DNA of 64,000 nt. Source: Nostoc sp. (lineage in GTDB: Bacteria > Cyanobacteriota > Cyanobacteriia > Cyanobacteriales > Nostocaceae). The stretch is from contig JBALDB010000001.1 of assembly GCA_036918135.1 (NCBI GenBank), positions 32,001-96,000 on the forward strand. Reading direction: 5' to 3'. The notes under the pieces were generated by a model. It ran no database searches, was not told the origin of the DNA, and saw nothing but the letters and a program-made list of their open reading frames with translations. This document shows positions 61,301 to 64,000 of this stretch, one piece after another (positions within the stretch are counted from its first letter, which is position 1; each line of letters begins with the position of its first letter). A program made the position numbers and the translations under genes.

Positions 61301-62419
61301 ATGCACGTAGTAGCGTATACTGACTCTGCTGGTATTGGCGGCGCAGAAATCAGTCTCAAGCACTTGATAACAAATGTATCTAGTACTATTGATGTGACAG
61401 TAGTGGGTATTAGTCAGATAGTAGTAGATGCGATCGCTGCCGAAAGACCGCAAGCAAAACGAGTAGTATTACCTACAACAGGAATTTTCTCTGTAATCGC
61501 CCACCTTCAGGCACTTCATCAGTTGCGTCCCGATATTGTACACATTAATACTTGCACACCTTGGGAATGTACTGCGGGTTTATTTGCGGCACTGACTTTA
61601 CCTAATGCGCGTGTAGTGCGGGTTGACCAGCTACCATTACGCACTACTGATGCTCTGAAGCTGTGGCGTACCAGAGCGCTATTACTACGAGTCGATGCTC
61701 ATGTAGCAGTTGGCGAAGCAAGTGCCAGACGAATGGAAGATTTTTATGCATTGGGTCGGGATAAAGTTATTTCTATTCCTAATTGTGTGCCGGATAATTT
61801 TACCCCCAACTCCCGTTTACAAGTAAGTAGCAATACCCTTGACAAGGAGAAGTCTTTAGTAATAGGCAGTGTTGGTAGACTTGATGCCATGAAAGGTCAC
61901 GATATACTACTGAGAGCCTTAGCCCAAGTGGAATTAGTGAGCCTTACGATCTTGGGTGAGGGGGGACAACGTGCAGCACTAGAGAAATTAGCTGCTTCCT
62001 TAGGAGTAAGCGATCGCATTTATCTTCCTGGATGGGTAGATAACCCTAGTACTTACATACCAAAATTTGATATTTTTGCAATGCCTTCTCGGTCTGAAGG
62101 CTTTCCCCTAGCGGTTATTGAGGCTATGCTTGCAGGGCTTCCTATAGTTGCTACTCGTGTAGGGAGTATTCCTGAAGCCATAACAGACGGCGAAACTGGC
62201 TTGCTGGTAAATAAGGATGATGTGAACGGACTAGCTGCTGCACTGCGGCAGTTAAGAGATAACGCCCAACTGCGTCTACACCTTGGTATACAAGCTAGAG
62301 AAGTAGCACAGCGGAACTTTACAGTAGAAAAAATGGTGAAGCGTTATGAGGATTTGTGGCAAGAATTGCTATCTAAGCCGCAAGTTCCCCGATTTTTAGT
62401 TCCACAACCCAAGGAGTAA
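61301..62419 (+). CDS. Glycosyltransferase family 4
   Basis: GGAE, VGRL...KG, SRSEGFPLAVIEAM. Confidence 0.92.
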   Translation: MHVVAYTDSAGIGGAEISLKHLITNVSSTIDVTVVGISQIVVDAIAAERPQAKRVVLPTTGIFSVIAHLQALHQLRPDIVHINTCTPWECTAGLFAALTLPNARVVRVDQLPLRTTDALKLWRTRALLLRVDAHVAVGEASARRMEDFYALGRDKVISIPNCVPDNFTPNSRLQVSSNTLDKEKSLVIGSVGRLDAMKGHDILLRALAQVELVSLTILGEGGQRAALEKLAASLGVSDRIYLPGWVDNPSTYIPKFDIFAMPSRSEGFPLAVIEAMLAGLPIVATRVGSIPEAITDGETGLLVNKDDVNGLAAALRQLRDNAQLRLHLGIQAREVAQRNFTVEKMVKRYEDLWQELLSKPQVPRFLVPQPKE

Positions 62420-62529
62420 GTAAATCGGTGTGAATATTTATCGTTGGGATGAGGCAGGAGGCATGAGGGAAGAGGATTTAAGTATATTTAATTTTTCTTA
62501 ACATAGTTTTTTTCACACCGTTCTACTTA
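62417..62529 (+). mobile_element. MITE-like element starting at the GT4 stop codon
   Basis: TAAGTAAATCGGTGTGAA...TTCACACCGTTCTACTTA; homologous to 11950-12080. Confidence 0.82.
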
Positions 62530-62674
62530 GACAAAGTGAAGCTTAAAAATGGGGCAATGTGCATTTGCATAATACATCATAAAATATAAGTAAAAAATTT
62601 TAGTCAATTGCCTAATGAATTTAAATTTATAACTAAGTAAATTTAAGTAAGTTGCGCTTGAAGACTTAACAAGC

Positions 62675-63754
62675 ATGTCACCAAAACATCAACTCTTAAA
62701 GCAACTATCTATTTCTCGGATAGCTATTTTGCGAGCGCTTCCTGGTTTAGGTGATTTACTTTGTGCTTTACCAGCCTTAAGAGCGCTCAGAAAAGCTTTC
62801 CCGCAAGCCCACATCACCTTAATTGGTTTACCTTGGGCGCGTTCTTTCGTAGAACGTTTTAGCCATTATCTCGATGAATTCTTAGAATTTCCTGGCTACC
62901 CTGGAATTCCAGAAGTGCCACTTTGTGTTGAGAAAATACCCAGGTTTCTTACTAGTGTTCAGGAGCAACGCTTTGACTTGGCATTACAAATGCATGGTAA
63001 TGGCAGTGTGATTAATTCCTTTACTGTCTTACTTGGCGCTCAAATTAATGCTGGTTTTTATCTTCCCAGTCATTATTGCCCTAATCCAGATTACTTTCTG
63101 CCTTATCCAGATTGTAAACCAGAAATATGGCGACACTTACACTTAATGGATTTTTTGGGAATACCACTTCAGGGGGATGAATTAGAATTTCCTTTGAAAG
63201 ATGAAGATTTTGCAGCTTTTTCCCAGTTCCCTTTTTCTACCCCTTATGTTTGCATTCACCCTGGTGCAAGTGTGCCAGATAAACGTTGGTCTTTGGAAAA
63301 CTTTGCTGTTGTTGCTGATGCGATCGCCGCTCGTGGTTTTCAAATAGTACTTACTGGTACGGCATCAGAAGCTAATTTAACTCAGTCTCTAGCAGAAATG
63401 ATGCGTTTCAAACCGATTGATTTGGCTGGACAGACTAGCTTGGGTGCAATGGCAGCCCTTTTAAGTCAAGCTAGTCTACTAGTTTGTAATGATACAGGTG
63501 TATCGCATTTGGCAGCTGCTTTAGGAGTAAAGAGTATTGTAATTTTCACTAATTCCTCACTGCATCGTTGGGCACCATTGAATCGTCAGATTCACCGTTC
63601 ATTAAGTTCTAATGGTATAGAAACAACAGATATAACAGACCGATTATTCGTACCTAGCAAAAAATCTCCTGACACATATTTTTCCATTACACCAGAAATG
63701 GCGATCGCTCAGGTAGAAGACCTGCTGGATAAAGAGGTTTCAAATGTTACCTAA
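62675..63754 (+). CDS. Glycosyltransferase family 9 (heptosyltransferase-like)
   Basis: LGDLL, IHPGAS..KRW, CNDTGVSHLAAA. Confidence 0.92.
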   Translation: MSPKHQLLKQLSISRIAILRALPGLGDLLCALPALRALRKAFPQAHITLIGLPWARSFVERFSHYLDEFLEFPGYPGIPEVPLCVEKIPRFLTSVQEQRFDLALQMHGNGSVINSFTVLLGAQINAGFYLPSHYCPNPDYFLPYPDCKPEIWRHLHLMDFLGIPLQGDELEFPLKDEDFAAFSQFPFSTPYVCIHPGASVPDKRWSLENFAVVADAIAARGFQIVLTGTASEANLTQSLAEMMRFKPIDLAGQTSLGAMAALLSQASLLVCNDTGVSHLAAALGVKSIVIFTNSSLHRWAPLNRQIHRSLSSNGIETTDITDRLFVPSKKSPDTYFSITPEMAIAQVEDLLDKEVSNVT

Positions 63755-64000
63755 GTGGGAAAAGGTACGCCGAGTTTTGGTAATACATCTAGGTAAAAGG
63801 CACGATTTAATCTTGATAATTCCAGCATTGCAAAAGTTACGCCAATCACTATCGAATGCTGCTATTACTTTAATGGTTTCCCCAAACACTAAACAATTAG
63901 GCTTACAGATACGTTGTGCAGATTACCTATTGGTGTATGAGGGTGCTGATTACAAGTTTAGAAATGCTGAGTGCGAATTGGCTTTGATTTCAAAACTCCG
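63744..64000 (+). CDS. Second GT9-like protein (5' partial)
   Basis: MLPKWEKVRRVLVIHLGKRHDLILIIPALQKLR; runs off the window end. Confidence 0.7.
   Translation, partial: MLPKWEKVRRVLVIHLGKRHDLILIIPALQKLRQSLSNAAITLMVSPNTKQLGLQIRCADYLLVYEGADYKFRNAECELALISKL

Noticed and set aside
1..64000. CRISPR array, rRNA or tRNA genes
   Set aside because: No regularly spaced 25-40 nt repeats with unique spacers, and no cloverleaf or rRNA signatures recognised by eye.

Overview
Chromosomal window from a filamentous cyanobacterium of Nostoc/Anabaena type. Support: abundant HIP1 GCGATCGC, heptamer STRR repeats, ycf3, ycf34, hli, fraH-pgl. The flanks (about 1.6-16 kb and 42-64 kb) are mostly core genes: cca, rtcA, fraH, pgl, rph, adk, dcd, thyX, gatC, ycf3 and glycosyltransferases. 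The window opens with an apparently doubly inactivated type II restriction-modification pair. The centre (16.3-41.5 kb) is a roughly 25 kb accessory island entirely on the minus strand. An HstK-type Ser/Thr-His hybrid kinase and a NarL regulator head a long run of redox and hydrolase genes: Cys-less DsbA-fold protein, GMC oxidoreductase, cupin, SDR, MOSC, permease, five alpha/beta hydrolases, a cytochrome P460-family protein, an RclA-like disulfide reductase and an LDH-like enzyme. The island promoter carries four TCCA-N7/8-TGGA-like palindromes phased exactly 24 bp apart. The island shows many deletion scars, and a 907-bp TA-flanked IS630-derived cassette carrying a passenger gene splits a DUF302 gene. 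Several MITE copies are present, and small dispersed repeats lie in frame inside rclA-like, cca and adk. No CRISPR array, rRNA or tRNA was recognised. All family assignments are by motif recognition, not database search.
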